The notes: generated by a model not told the origin, from the letters alone. DNA of 64,000 nt from Candidatus Thalassarchaeum sp. (GCA_022449345.1 JAKURL010000004.1:19981-83980); one strand, 5' to 3'; positions 1 through 10,903 are shown, counted from the stretch's first letter. Program-made: numbers and translations.

Positions 1-87
1 AACCAGTTGAAAGAAAAATTCGATGAATTCGAAAAAGTATTCATCGGAGATACTTACGCATTTCAACAAGAATGGCCTTTTCCATGA
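1..87 (+). CDS. 3' end of a CDS that begins upstream of the window (partial); frame 1 stays open from position 1 to a TGA at 85-87
   Basis: Frame 1 translates as NQLKEKFDEFEKVFIGDTYAFQQEWPFP then stop. The product is unknown. Confidence 0.3.
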   Translation, partial: NQLKEKFDEFEKVFIGDTYAFQQEWPFP

Positions 88-94
88 AATTAAT

Positions 95-1573
95 CTATGG
101 GGTGACTCTGTTTCGGTCGCGAGGGAATAATACTACTTCTCGGACATTGCCTGCGCCGGTCAGAATCATCAGCAAGCGGGCTACACCTAGTCCCCATCCT
201 GCGTGCGGCGGAGCACCGTAGCGGAATCCATCTGTGTAGAAGGTAAAGTCGGCTGGTTCCAAGCCCATGTTTCTTAGATTCTGTTCCAAGACATCGACAC
301 GATGCTCACGCTGCCCACCAGATGTCATCTCGTCTCGACCGTAATTGAGATCGAATCCACGGCTTAGCTGCCCTCCTGTGGAGCCTGTCTCATCCTCGTC
401 ATGGAAGATGTAGAATGGCTTCATCGACATTGGCCAGCGAGGCAAAAAGTGGAATCCAGGATACTGAGCCGCGATGATATCACAGTGGTGGCTCTCGATA
501 TCTTCACCCCATTCAATTTCTCCACCGCCCTTCTGAACGATTTCAATCGCATCACAGTAAGGGATGCGTGGGAAAGGCAATTCAGGAACTTCCACCGTTA
601 CTGGCTCTTGACCTTGGCTAACTCTGTATTCGTTGACGACATCGATTAGGTGCTGATCGTTGTCTGCGATTTCACTCCAAATGTGATGGATCATTCTTTC
701 CTGCACCCCCATCACATCCTCATCATTCATCCAGGCGCCTTCGATATCGAAGGAGATGAATTCGTTCAGGTGACGGTATGTGTCGTGCTTCTCAGCACGG
801 AAAGCAGGTCCAATTTCGAATACACGTTCAAGTCCGCCAAGAACTGCCAATTGCTTGTACAACTGAGGTGACTGGCTGAGGAAAGCCGGCGTATCGAAGT
901 ACATCATTGGGAATAGGTTGGTACCACCTTCGCTTGCGCTTGCGATGATTTTTGGCGAATTGATTTCTTGGAAACCCTCGCTGATAAGATAGTCACGCCC
1001 GTACTGCAAAACTCGGCTTCGGAGTTGGAACATGGCATTCACGTGGGTGCGTCGAACATCCAGATGTCTGTTATCTAATCTAATGTCCAATCCTACATTC
1101 ACATCATCTATGATACCAACTGGTAGTGGAGTTTCAGCCGAAGATAGTATGTTTGCACCCGTGACATTAATCTCGTATTCCGGTGGTGGAGTAGGTTCTC
1201 CTTCAGCAACCTTCGGAGGTCGCTTTTGTGCAACATTTCCAGTCACTTGTAGAGTTGACTCTCGCGAGGCAGATTGGACTGCAATAAACGTATCATCGTC
1301 CATATTATCCTTCTTCAGGAAGGCTTGGATGTGGCCGGTCCCGTCACGCAGCATGATGAATGCGATTGCACCTCGGCCACGAACCGTTTCCGCATATCCA
1401 GCAACGGAGACTTGCTCTCCAATCAATTCCGCTCCATTACTCACAATCTGTCCAATTGTGTGGGTGCGGAATGCGGTGGGGTGCCACTCGCTACTGTCGC
1501 GCATGGCTTTGCGTCCGGTCTTCAATTTATGAATCGAATCGAAAGTTTGCTTGATGGCGGGTAATACTACCAT
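95..1573 (-). CDS. aspS: Class IIb aminoacyl-tRNA synthetase, most likely aspartyl-tRNA synthetase (archaeal/eukaryotic type). AsnRS is not fully excluded.
   Basis: 492 aa. It has an N-terminal OB anticodon-binding fold, the class II motifs (FRAE, GLGVARL), and a C-terminal [10 protein letters not shown] tail typical of AspRS/AsnRS. Confidence 0.8.
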   Translation of the reverse strand: MVVLPAIKQTFDSIHKLKTGRKAMRDSSEWHPTAFRTHTIGQIVSNGAELIGEQVSVAGYAETVRGRGAIAFIMLRDGTGHIQAFLKKDNMDDDTFIAVQSASRESTLQVTGNVAQKRPPKVAEGEPTPPPEYEINVTGANILSSAETPLPVGIIDDVNVGLDIRLDNRHLDVRRTHVNAMFQLRSRVLQYGRDYLISEGFQEINSPKIIASASEGGTNLFPMMYFDTPAFLSQSPQLYKQLAVLGGLERVFEIGPAFRAEKHDTYRHLNEFISFDIEGAWMNDEDVMGVQERMIHHIWSEIADNDQHLIDVVNEYRVSQGQEPVTVEVPELPFPRIPYCDAIEIVQKGGGEIEWGEDIESHHCDIIAAQYPGFHFLPRWPMSMKPFYIFHDEDETGSTGGQLSRGFDLNYGRDEMTSGGQREHRVDVLEQNLRNMGLEPADFTFYTDGFRYGAPPHAGWGLGVARLLMILTGAGNVREVVLFPRDRNRVTP

Positions 1574-1599
1574 AGCACCTCAAGACACTTTAGAGCCGA

Positions 1600-2427
1600 T
1601 TATTCCTCTTCATACTCAGCTATTTTTGCTGCGATTAGCAAGAATGCTGTGTGCCCCATCGGCTGATTTCCCGGCCGTACGCCGCCTTTGGCGGCTTTCG
1701 ACCAACGTCTTTCTACCATTTCACCGGCAAATTCTACAATAAGGCCTGCATCTTCGACCGCGTTCCAAGAATTTTCTAGTTGTGCGGTAGTTGGACAATA
1801 ACAGGCAATTCGACCCCCTATCTTGAGAGTTTGAGAAATATCGGAAACTACGATCCAAGGCTCTGCGATATCGATTATTGCCGCGTCGAGTTCTCCACAA
1901 ATTCCAGCGACTTCTGAAGCGGCATCTTGCAAATCCATCTCCAGCAGTTTCCAGTTAGGAAATTCAGTTGCGAACTCAGCCATTCTCTGCATATTTCCGC
2001 TCCCAACTGTAGCGTGCTCAGGTCGTTTTTCAACCGAAATTAAGCATCCCTTCGATCCCATGACATTGGCTAGGTGCATCGCAAGTCCAGCTGAGCCATG
2101 ACCGCCTTCCAGTACGCGGCTTCCGACACCAATTCCCATCCAAGAAATCAAAAATCCAGAGTCCTTGATTCCAATTGTTTGCGCCCTTCTGTCCATATTG
2201 CGTCGGGCTTCTGGAAGGGCAGCATCTACTATTGTCAGAGATTTCTGTCCAACCTTGATTCGATCACCTATAGAAAATCCATCTAACAACTCACTAGCAT
2301 CAAATCTACCGAGCCCCTTGATTTTGATTTCACCTGAGGTATTATTGACAAGATATGCCCGCCCATCATCTTCTCTTAGAGCTACCCAGTTCGGGAATTT
2401 AGCAGACCCTTCAGCGGTTGACATCAC
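1600..2427 (-). CDS. trmI: tRNA (adenine-N1)-methyltransferase, TrmI/Gcd14 family
   Basis: 275 aa. The N-terminal beta-domain (REDDGRAYLVNNTSGEIKIKGLGRFDASELLDG) is followed by a SAM-binding Rossmann motif (VLEGGHGSAGLAMHLA), as in Gcd14/TrmI. Confidence 0.75.
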   Translation of the reverse strand: MMSTAEGSAKFPNWVALREDDGRAYLVNNTSGEIKIKGLGRFDASELLDGFSIGDRIKVGQKSLTIVDAALPEARRNMDRRAQTIGIKDSGFLISWMGIGVGSRVLEGGHGSAGLAMHLANVMGSKGCLISVEKRPEHATVGSGNMQRMAEFATEFPNWKLLEMDLQDAASEVAGICGELDAAIIDIAEPWIVVSDISQTLKIGGRIACYCPTTAQLENSWNAVEDAGLIVEFAGEMVERRWSKAAKGGVRPGNQPMGHTAFLLIAAKIAEYEEE

Positions 2428-2535
2428 TAACTCTTGTAAGGGTCATTTAATTCAATACCTTCGATTCTTCATTCCGCAAATCCTTCTAAATTCGACCCTT
2501 AAGGGTCGTTGTTGTTATGGAATCAATATTGAGGT

Positions 2536-5500
2536 ATGTATAAAGGAATAGGATTCAGCCCCAAAATCATGGTTCTAGCCTTGCGCGTGAAAAAACTATC
2601 CTCGGTCTCAATGACATTTCTTGTTTTGACAATGTCCGCTATAGGATATTTCGCAATAGAGGAACAGAGTGCAGAGAGAGAAGAATTGCATGCAAAAGAT
2701 ATGCCGAGATTTGCGACTAGTCCGGGCCATTCAGTATTCGGTGAATATGTAGGAGCACATTGGTGTGGCCCTTGCATGGGAAGTGCCTCACCCTCCTTGG
2801 TTAATCTGAAGAATAGCAATTCTGAGGATTTCACCTACGTATCTTTCTTCGAGGGTGCTTCTACAGGATGGCCATCTGATGGGCCTGTTAACAGACAGAA
2901 CCACATTATGGCAAATTCGGGGGGATATCCAACATTTGCTTTCTCTGACGAAACCTCAGGTTCGTGCTACAAGGTTGGTTCCGCGGGAACAAATTACTAC
3001 GATGCCGACTTTAGCACTGGAGGTTGTATGCACGCCGATGCGAGTGATTTCAGCATGGAGATGGGCGTCTCCTTGGATTCCGCTGGCGATACAGTAACTA
3101 CCTCCTTAGAAATCACCTACCTAGGTGCTAACGACATTACCGTGTATGTTTACGGAGCGATTACTGAGAAATTAGGTGCAGAGGCATATGACGATGGAAG
3201 CAGACCTCACCACGTATGGCGAGAGTGGCTTCTATCGGATGAAAATGAGTTCACCGAGGTTACCTTGACTCCAAATCAGGCCGAGACCTTGACTTGGGAT
3301 AAACCACTAAACACAGTTCGTGCTGGTGGTGGAAACACACAATGGGAAAACTTCTGGCCAATATTCGCCCTGATGGATGGAGATTATTCAACATACAACG
3401 AGGTTTACGCCGCAATAGACCTAGACATGGGTCCATTGATCGACATAGGAATCGTTGATTTCGAAGCTCGTAATGCGAACGGAAACACTGGATTCGTTGC
3501 TGGAGACATTCTGGACCTAGAGGTCAATATTGCCAACAATGGAGCGGAAGAATACAATGACGGTGGTGGCATCGATATCTACCACCTTAGCGGTGGACAG
3601 GAAATACTCCTTGGTGGAATTTCAATCAACCAACTTTCAGTAGGTGGAACTCAGTCCTACTCTACAACGTTTGACACTAGCGATATCACTCTGGCTCCAT
3701 CAGGAACCTCTTCTTTTAGAGCGCGAATCTCAGGAATGGTCGGCGACCGTGTTCCAACCAATGATTACCAAGATGATCTTGCTCTACATGACATGCCTCC
3801 AGTTCCCAACCGCCCAGTTGCAGTTGCAGAATCTAGTGTAGAACGTGGAACTGCAATTCAGTTTGAGTCCACTGCTCTACCGAATGACCTTGTTGATGAC
3901 ATGTCAACCATGAGCGCAGAGTTGCAATACAGCATTCATGGGACTGGCTCTTGGGACGATACTTGGATTACCTCCATCGACATGGTAGGAAGTGGTGGAA
4001 ATTCCCGATACATTCACACAATTACACCACCGATGACATCTCAGTCAGGATTCTATGATATTCGAATTCAATGGACCGATGCAGGCGGACAAAAGTCAGA
4101 TTGGGAAGTCACTGAAAATGCCTTTGAGTTACGAAATGCTATGCCTCGAATTCTTCAAGCAGGGGATGAGGGTTACGGCGGAGTACCAACCGTCAAGGTT
4201 GACACCGTTGAAGCTGTGTCAATCGTTGGACTGGTAAGCGATGCAGAAACTCCACACTCTGAACTAATTATTGATTCAAATGCATACCAGTTCATTTCTT
4301 TTGACCCAGAGACTCTGGAAATCAGTGTTCAATTCGACGAGATTTTCTACGACAGTCATGGTAACTCGGTCTCACAGGGTATTTTCATTACCGTAGGGGA
4401 TGGAGAAGATTTCAGTTCTGGAACTTTGATGTTCAATGTAATTGAAAATGGTCAACCCCGCTGGAGCGGTGTACCAACTCAGGCTTTCGATGAGGGAGGT
4501 TCTGCCAGTCTAATTCTCACTGAATTCCTTTCGGACACAGATGACAATGGTAATCCCGTACCTGCGAACACATTGTCGCTGTCTATTGTCAGTATCAGTG
4601 ATGAGTCCTTGATGACAGCCGAAATTTATAGTCAAACCCTCAACGTCGCTGCAGTCGACGACGACAGTTATGGCATGGCTGAAATTGTAATTCGGGCATC
4701 CGACGGAGTCAAGGAATCCGACACTGTAATCACATTCCACATTAACAACATAAACGACGCACCTGTTATTGATTTGGGTGAATACATTAACCCAATTATT
4801 CAGACTGGTGACCGTCTAAACATCAATGTGATAGATTTGGTTACTGACGTCGATGATCCAGCAGATGAGATTTGGATTACAGTCACTACTTTCGTTCCTG
4901 GAGCTGTACAGTACAACCCGATCTCAGGTCTAGCCACAATGAGTTGGGATGAGGCTGGTGAAGAGATGGTGACAGTTACTGCAGAAGATCGCCATGGGGC
5001 TTCAAGCGCTGCAATTATGACCGTTAATGTGGTAGATGACCTTCCACTTCTATGGGTGGATGCAACAGGTTATGGAGACCTAGTAGTGAATATGGATACC
5101 ACTGAGTATGATTCAAATCCAAGCGTTACAATTGCCAACGCCGGTTCCCTTGAACTTTCGGAAATCGAGGTTCGATGGAGTGTTTGTAACAGCATTACAG
5201 GAATCTGTAACGACTTTGGAATCTCTCACAACTTTGGACCATTCATCGTTCTAGCCAACAGTGGAGAGGGCCTCAAAGTAGGGGATTACGTCACCCTCTC
5301 GGTCAATGCTTTGGACTCGAATGGATTTGATCGCTCAACTCAAGAACAGTTCAAGGCTTACGCGACTGAGCCTGTTGATGTAATATTGGAAGAATCTGAG
5401 GATGAAGGAAACCAAGGCAAGAGTTCCCTCTCAGTAATGACGACTGGACTTATGGCAATCGGAATCATGCTCTCACTTGCTCTCGTATTGGGGCTAGCAA

Positions 5501-5721
5501 TTGTATTGCAGAGGCAACGCCGAGATGGCGTGGGTGCGGAAGTTTACGATGATTACGATTATTCTGGCTACGAAGAGCCTGAGCCGAGTCCATTATCAGT
5601 ACCTCCACCACCACCTGGAATGGCTCCTCCATTGCCACCAGAAGGGCTACCTGCTGGTTGGACTTTGGAACAATGGAATTACTATGGTGAAGAGTATCTT
5701 CGACGCCGAGAGCAGTCATAA
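2536..5721 (+). CDS. Giant surface protein with an N-terminal signal/TM, a thioredoxin-like WCGPC segment, multiple cadherin-like/Ig-like beta domains, a C-terminal TM anchor and a Pro-rich cytoplasmic tail
   Basis: 1061 aa. The hydrophobic N-terminus is FLVLTMSAIGYFAI. The motif VGAHWCGPCMG resembles the thioredoxin active site. A D/N/T-rich repeated beta-domain body contains VIDLGE/DDPADE cadherin-like acidic motifs. The C-terminal TM is LMAIGIMLSLALVLGLAIVL, followed by PPPPPGMAPPLPPEG. The true start is possibly the Met at 2611. Confidence 0.7.
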   Translation: MYKGIGFSPKIMVLALRVKKLSSVSMTFLVLTMSAIGYFAIEEQSAEREELHAKDMPRFATSPGHSVFGEYVGAHWCGPCMGSASPSLVNLKNSNSEDFTYVSFFEGASTGWPSDGPVNRQNHIMANSGGYPTFAFSDETSGSCYKVGSAGTNYYDADFSTGGCMHADASDFSMEMGVSLDSAGDTVTTSLEITYLGANDITVYVYGAITEKLGAEAYDDGSRPHHVWREWLLSDENEFTEVTLTPNQAETLTWDKPLNTVRAGGGNTQWENFWPIFALMDGDYSTYNEVYAAIDLDMGPLIDIGIVDFEARNANGNTGFVAGDILDLEVNIANNGAEEYNDGGGIDIYHLSGGQEILLGGISINQLSVGGTQSYSTTFDTSDITLAPSGTSSFRARISGMVGDRVPTNDYQDDLALHDMPPVPNRPVAVAESSVERGTAIQFESTALPNDLVDDMSTMSAELQYSIHGTGSWDDTWITSIDMVGSGGNSRYIHTITPPMTSQSGFYDIRIQWTDAGGQKSDWEVTENAFELRNAMPRILQAGDEGYGGVPTVKVDTVEAVSIVGLVSDAETPHSELIIDSNAYQFISFDPETLEISVQFDEIFYDSHGNSVSQGIFITVGDGEDFSSGTLMFNVIENGQPRWSGVPTQAFDEGGSASLILTEFLSDTDDNGNPVPANTLSLSIVSISDESLMTAEIYSQTLNVAAVDDDSYGMAEIVIRASDGVKESDTVITFHINNINDAPVIDLGEYINPIIQTGDRLNINVIDLVTDVDDPADEIWITVTTFVPGAVQYNPISGLATMSWDEAGEEMVTVTAEDRHGASSAAIMTVNVVDDLPLLWVDATGYGDLVVNMDTTEYDSNPSVTIANAGSLELSEIEVRWSVCNSITGICNDFGISHNFGPFIVLANSGEGLKVGDYVTLSVNALDSNGFDRSTQEQFKAYATEPVDVILEESEDEGNQGKSSLSVMTTGLMAIGIMLSLALVLGLAIVLQRQRRDGVGAEVYDDYDYSGYEEPEPSPLSVPPPPPGMAPPLPPEGLPAGWTLEQWNYYGEEYLRRREQS

Positions 5722-5792
5722 TCGGACTGAATTACCCATAACGCACCTTCAAGAAGGTGCTCTAGTCAGGCAGAACCCCGAGGGGATGCACG

Positions 5793-7823
5793 ATGAGCGA
5801 TGAGGAGGCTCCTATTGACCCACTTGAGTCGTGGGAAGACGGTGCTGCTTTCGGCGTCGCCGATGACAAAGATCCAGTGTGCAAAACACCGGTTGAGGAA
5901 TGGGCAGAAGAACTTGACATAGTGTCAACAGAAGAAGTTCCAATTCCGGACAAACTTGTTGATCAGGTGATTGGCCAAGAGGCCGCATCAATCATCGTTC
6001 GCAAGGCTGCAGAGCAACGCCGACACATGATCATGGTTGGTGAGCCAGGAACGGGAAAATCAATGCTGGCTCGTTCGATGACCGAGTTCTTACCAAAGGA
6101 ACAATTGGAGGATATTCTTGTCTATCGAAATCATGAGGATGAGAATGAACCTCGAATCAGAACTGTTCCTGCCGGACGAGGTTCAAGCATTATCTCGGAA
6201 CGCCGTGCACAAATCAAACAACAGCGAGAGAGAACCAATCGAACATTACTATTCATCGCTCTAGTTGTTGGAGCAGCCTTGTTGCTTGCTACAATCTCTT
6301 CAGGTGAGATGTTGACATTCATCTTCGGCTCGTTCTTACTAGTCTTCGGATATTTCTTCCTTCGAACTCGACTAAATGCAGGCGAAGAGGGCAATATCCC
6401 GAAATTGTTAGTCAAACATGAAAGAAATGAAGAGGTGCCCTTTATCGATGCCACAGGCACACTCGCTGGAGCTCTACTAGGAGATGTGCGACACGACCCA
6501 TTCCAGTCCGGTGCTGACCTTGCCACTCCTGCTCACGAAAGGGTCGAACCGGGTGCAGTTCACCGTGCAAACAAGGGTGTTCTGTATATCGATGAGATTC
6601 GCATGTTGAGAATGGAGGAGCAGCAAGCTCTCTTGGTCGCTATGCAGGAGAAGGCCCTATCAATCTCTGGCCGCTCTGAGCGCAGCAGCGGTGCTCTAAC
6701 CAAGTCAGAACCAGTGCCAACCGATTTCATTCTCATTGCGGCAGGTAATCTAGATAGTGTTCAGAATATGCACCCGGCTCTTCGAAGCCGAATTCGTGGC
6801 TATGGTTACGAGGTCTACGTCAATACCGATATGCGCGACACTGAAAGAAATCGCCGTCGCCTAGTAAGATTCGTCGCACAAGAAGTTCGCAACGAGATGC
6901 TGAAGGATAGTGGAAAGTCGATTCCACACTTTGACAAAGCAGCGGTTGGCTTAGTCCTCAAAGAGGCTCAACGCCGAAGCGGTCGCCGTGGAAAACTATC
7001 ACTTAGACTTCGTGAATTGGGTGGTCTGGTCAGAATTGCCGGAGACCTCGCAGCAGAGGAAAAAGCCTCATTGGTCTCAACTGAACATGTTGTACGCGCG
7101 CGAGCGATTGCCAAACCTCTGGAACAACAGGTCGCTGATCGATATCTTGAGCGCCAGTCGGAATATGCAATGCTGGTAAATCGAGGCGAGCGCATTGGTC
7201 GTGTAAACGGTCTAGCCGTTCTCGGTGCTGACACTGGCCTTTCGGATTATTCCGGTGTGGTTCTACCGGTCGAGGCAATGGTCACACCAGCACAGGGTCG
7301 ATCAGGCCAAGTTATCGCTACAGGTGGTCTGTCAGACTTGGCTAAGGAATCGGTTACCAACATCAGTGCTGTTGTCAAGAAATTGACAGGTAAAGACATT
7401 CAGGACTACGACTTACATGTTCAGTTCCCAGGCACTCACAACGTCGATGGTGACAGTGCTTCGATTACCATGGCACTTGCGATTATCAGCGCATTTGAAG
7501 GAGTTCCAATCGATCAGAACCTCGCAATGACTGGTTCACTTACCGTTCGGGGAGAGGTTCTACCAATCGGCGGCGTCTCGGCGAAGATTGAAGCCGCTGT
7601 CAAATCAGGAATCGAGAGAGTGATTATCCCTCGCAGCAACCTGCAAGATGTTCTAATCGACGAGAAATACGAATCGATGGTAGAAGTCCTTCCTGTAGAT
7701 TCTCTCGATGAAGTGCTACAACATGCACTTGTTGGGGCTGAGGAGAAAGTCAGCCTAGTAGAGAGGCTAGCCAACGTCATCGATACTATATCGAGTGGAC
7801 CAGACACTCAGCCTAGTGCATAA
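5793..7823 (+). CDS. lonB: Archaeal membrane-bound ATP-dependent Lon protease (LonB)
   Basis: 676 aa. It has Walker A (GEPGTGKS), a two-helix membrane insert inside the AAA+ module (LLFIALVVGAALLLATISSGEMLTFIFGSFLLVFGYFFL), and a C-terminal Lon Ser-Lys protease domain (GDSASITMALAIISAF, PIGGVSAKIEAAVKSG). Confidence 0.9.
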   Translation: MSDEEAPIDPLESWEDGAAFGVADDKDPVCKTPVEEWAEELDIVSTEEVPIPDKLVDQVIGQEAASIIVRKAAEQRRHMIMVGEPGTGKSMLARSMTEFLPKEQLEDILVYRNHEDENEPRIRTVPAGRGSSIISERRAQIKQQRERTNRTLLFIALVVGAALLLATISSGEMLTFIFGSFLLVFGYFFLRTRLNAGEEGNIPKLLVKHERNEEVPFIDATGTLAGALLGDVRHDPFQSGADLATPAHERVEPGAVHRANKGVLYIDEIRMLRMEEQQALLVAMQEKALSISGRSERSSGALTKSEPVPTDFILIAAGNLDSVQNMHPALRSRIRGYGYEVYVNTDMRDTERNRRRLVRFVAQEVRNEMLKDSGKSIPHFDKAAVGLVLKEAQRRSGRRGKLSLRLRELGGLVRIAGDLAAEEKASLVSTEHVVRARAIAKPLEQQVADRYLERQSEYAMLVNRGERIGRVNGLAVLGADTGLSDYSGVVLPVEAMVTPAQGRSGQVIATGGLSDLAKESVTNISAVVKKLTGKDIQDYDLHVQFPGTHNVDGDSASITMALAIISAFEGVPIDQNLAMTGSLTVRGEVLPIGGVSAKIEAAVKSGIERVIIPRSNLQDVLIDEKYESMVEVLPVDSLDEVLQHALVGAEEKVSLVERLANVIDTISSGPDTQPSA

Positions 7824-7896
7824 TCACACGATTTTTCGCTAATTGTAGGGACGCCTAATTCAAGTTCCGTCTACACGCCGTTAGGCAGGGGATTGG

Positions 7897-8742
7897 ATGG
7901 CCGCACCTGCAATAGTAGTTCATGGAGGCGCCGGAGCTGGACCTGAAAGATTGCCCAACCTGGAATCGGCCATAGAAGCCGCACGTAGTGCCTTTGAGTC
8001 AGACGGAGATGCGATTCAAGCCGCCGTAGAGGCCTGCGTTGTACTAGAGGATGATCCTGTATTCAATGCGGGAACAGGTAGTGTCATGAGGAATGATGGT
8101 TCGGTACTAACCGATGCCTCGCTACAGGTATCTGATGGTAGAATGGGATTTGTCGCTGTAATGGAAAATACACCGAATCCCATTCGAATTTGTGTTGACC
8201 TCCTCGATGAGGAAATCAACGGCCTTGCCGGAGCAGGTGCTCGAGCATGGGCCGACAAACGCGGCCATCTCAATGCAGAGGTAGTCGGAAGGCCACCAAA
8301 AGGCAACAAAGGAGACGTAGGTAGGTTGGGAGGTGCTATGCCGGAGGCAGACACCGACACAGTAGGTGCGATTGCGAGGGATGCCTCTGGATTAATTGCC
8401 GCAGCAACCAGTACAGGAGGCACTTCCTACAGACCTGCAGGTCGCGTTGGTGATGTACCCTTGCCCGGATGTGGCTTTTGGGTTGAAGAGGGTCTCGGGG
8501 TTGCAGCTACCGGAGTTGGTGAAGCGATAACCACCGCACTACTTTCCTATCGTGTACATCAACAAATTCAGAGTTGGGAAGAGATTACCCCTCAGGCTCT
8601 TGAATCGGGAATGCATTGGGGAATTAGAGAATTAATCAAGCCGGAAACTGCAGTTGGAATAATCTCTTTGGGATCCAAAGGCGAGGGTTCTGGGGTTGCT
8701 AATACAGATATGCCTTGGGCCACTTGGTGTTTAGAATCTTGA
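7897..8742 (+). CDS. Isoaspartyl peptidase/L-asparaginase (Ntn-hydrolase, plant-type asparaginase family)
   Basis: 281 aa. It starts with GGAG, has the autoproteolytic GT site in DTDTVGAIARD, and has the family's conserved Gly-rich C-terminal half. Confidence 0.8.
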   Translation: MAAPAIVVHGGAGAGPERLPNLESAIEAARSAFESDGDAIQAAVEACVVLEDDPVFNAGTGSVMRNDGSVLTDASLQVSDGRMGFVAVMENTPNPIRICVDLLDEEINGLAGAGARAWADKRGHLNAEVVGRPPKGNKGDVGRLGGAMPEADTDTVGAIARDASGLIAAATSTGGTSYRPAGRVGDVPLPGCGFWVEEGLGVAATGVGEAITTALLSYRVHQQIQSWEEITPQALESGMHWGIRELIKPETAVGIISLGSKGEGSGVANTDMPWATWCLES

Positions 8743-8812
8743 ATTGAATTCTTCATTGACGGGGATGCGCTTAAACAGGGGTCGCTGGTGGGCCTGCCGT
8801 TGGAGGCATCGT

Positions 8813-9088
8813 ATGTCGGACATAGAGCCTCGCGTTCAGCAAATTGCTCAGGTCCTCGGTCAGTTAGAGGACACACAAGTACCTCGTAACATTCGCAACT
8901 CAGCCCGTGATGCCGTACAGAAATGGCTGCTCAACAAAGACAAGGAAATGGACATCCGCTTGGGAATGACAGCAAGTATTCTCGATGAAATCTTCAATGA
9001 TGCGAATTTGCCAATCCATTATGGTCCACTCTGTCTCCAGATTCAGACTGCACTTGAGGCTCTTCTGAATGAGGTTCGGGACTCCTAA
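8813..9088 (+). CDS. UPF0147-family small archaeal protein
   Basis: An approximately 91 aa core (MSDIEPRVQQIAQVLGQLEDTQVPRNIRNSARDAVQKWLL...) matches the archaeal UPF0147 pattern. The ORF as listed begins at 8744, but the conserved core starts at the Met at 8813. Confidence 0.55.
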   Translation: MSDIEPRVQQIAQVLGQLEDTQVPRNIRNSARDAVQKWLLNKDKEMDIRLGMTASILDEIFNDANLPIHYGPLCLQIQTALEALLNEVRDS

Positions 9089-9096
9089 GCCTTGAA

Positions 9097-10245
9097 GTGC
9101 AAAAGGCTCACATCGTAGTTGGGGATCTCTTGTCAGACTGGACCAACCTCTCGTTTGCGAATGTTGCTACAACATCTCCCGCAGCTCACAAGGCCTCGAT
9201 GGATTGGTCTGCTGCACTGGCTAGGGGTGGAGCGGCTGAATTTGATGGTGAGGCTGAGAAAAATGGAATGCTACCTCTCCGCCAAGCCGCCGCTAGATTA
9301 CTCTCATGCGGAGTTGAAGATGTATGTGTGGGATCCAGCGCAACCGAGTTACTTTGTTCCATAGCATGGGCTGTTTGGCCCAATAAAGGTAGCAATATCG
9401 TCTCCACGCGTTCTTCTTTCCCTTCCACGGTTTACCCTTGGTCAAGAGTGGCAGAATCTAGCGGGGCTGAAATCCGACTTGCAAATCACGACTCAAATCT
9501 ATACACAAATCCTGATGATATTCTAGAGTTAATTGACGAGAACACATCGGTTGTCACCCTATCTCATATCGAATTCTCAAATGGACAAAGATACGACCTA
9601 GAGAAATTTGCTAATGCAGCCCATTCGGTCGGTGCAATACTGGTGATTGATGCAACTCAATCAATGGGCATGTTCCCAATCAATGCGCATTCTTGTGGTG
9701 CAGATGTCCTTGTCTCATCCGGGTACAAGTGGCTCAGGGGAACTTACGGCGCCGCTGTTGGATATATTTCACCTTCAATTCGCTTGAATTTGAATCCAGG
9801 TTTGGTTGGATTCCGAAGTCACGCCGACATATGGGATCTTCGAGCGGATAGGATGGATTTTCCACAAGATGCTAGCCGATTCGAATACACTACGATTCAT
9901 TTTGGAGCTGTATTAGGATTGGCGGCTGCTGTTGAGGAAATTTGTGAAATTGGTATCGAGCAGGTTTGGGCACATGACTTGTCCCTAGCAGACGCTGTTG
10001 CAGAGGGAGCGGATCAGTTGGGCCTCAGCGTGGTATCGCCTATGTCGGTAAAGGAAAGGAGTGCAATAGTCAGCCTTAGGATGCCAGTGGGAATTAGCAG
10101 CGAAGAGATTGCTCAAAGGCTGCAAGACGAATACTCAATCCTAGTAACTAGCAGATCGGGTTTCCTCAGAGTATCTCCTCATCTCGACAATACGATTGAC
10201 GAAGTTAATTCGTTAATCTCTGCACTAGAAGAAATACTCTCATAA
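9097..10245 (+). CDS. Class V aminotransferase-fold PLP-dependent enzyme; specificity unknown
   Basis: 382 aa. The PLP-lysine context SSGYKWLRGTYG fits the class V fold, as does the overall length. Confidence 0.65.
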   Translation: MQKAHIVVGDLLSDWTNLSFANVATTSPAAHKASMDWSAALARGGAAEFDGEAEKNGMLPLRQAAARLLSCGVEDVCVGSSATELLCSIAWAVWPNKGSNIVSTRSSFPSTVYPWSRVAESSGAEIRLANHDSNLYTNPDDILELIDENTSVVTLSHIEFSNGQRYDLEKFANAAHSVGAILVIDATQSMGMFPINAHSCGADVLVSSGYKWLRGTYGAAVGYISPSIRLNLNPGLVGFRSHADIWDLRADRMDFPQDASRFEYTTIHFGAVLGLAAAVEEICEIGIEQVWAHDLSLADAVAEGADQLGLSVVSPMSVKERSAIVSLRMPVGISSEEIAQRLQDEYSILVTSRSGFLRVSPHLDNTIDEVNSLISALEEILS

Positions 10246-10848
10246 GTGCGGTTGTATTATTCCGCCGGCAATAATGAACATGATTGCAGCGATTGACAAA
10301 TCGATATATCTCCAAGCCTCCGGCTTGTTGAGCACCTCTGATAGGCTTCTGGCCCCGTAGCCTAGGGAGAAGAAGAAGACAAATGACGCAGTAGCGGCAC
10401 CAATTCCAAAGGCTAATCTCTCATCTCCAACGTATCTGCTAGAAGCACCTCCAATCAGCAACAGAGTATCGACGTAAACATGCGGATTTAGGAAGGTAAA
10501 AGCAGCCGCAGCGGCTATTGTAGGGGCAAGTTCACTTTCCCCCTCTCCTTCTGTGGACATTCCTACAGGATTGATTGCGGATTTTATTCTCAACAATCCG
10601 TAACTTATCAGGAACATCGAAGCTCCGATTGCTATGGTAAATTCGGCTTCCTGAATTCCTGCTAGTATACTTCCTACGCCTAGGACTCCTGCGGTGATTA
10701 GGGCAGCGTCAAATAACGAACAAGCCAAGCACACAGCAAATACATGCGAGCGCATTAGCCCCTGCCTCATTACGAAGACATTCTGTGGTCCTAGAGCCAA
10801 AATTAGTCCGATACTCAGGGCGAAACCCTCCAAAGCGGAGCCGAACAT
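10240..10848 (-). CDS. LysE/RhtB-family amino-acid exporter
   Basis: Six hydrophobic helices; the N-terminal motif ALSIGLILALGPQNVFV is typical of LysE. The listed ORF extends to 10968, but the Met at 10848 gives the normal length of about 200 aa and avoids overlap with L40e. Confidence 0.65.
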   Translation of the reverse strand: MFGSALEGFALSIGLILALGPQNVFVMRQGLMRSHVFAVCLACSLFDAALITAGVLGVGSILAGIQEAEFTIAIGASMFLISYGLLRIKSAINPVGMSTEGEGESELAPTIAAAAAFTFLNPHVYVDTLLLIGGASSRYVGDERLAFGIGAATASFVFFFSLGYGARSLSEVLNKPEAWRYIDLSIAAIMFIIAGGIIQPHL

Positions 10849-10903
10849 AGAAAGTCCTCGCGAATGATATTGAAAACCATTGAGGCTCGAATATCGAGGC
10901 CGC

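Noticed and set aside
7824-7896. Possible small ncRNA or tRNA in the LonB-asparaginase spacer
   Set aside because: No cloverleaf or stable stem-loop pattern could be folded by eye. It is probably just a promoter or UTR region.
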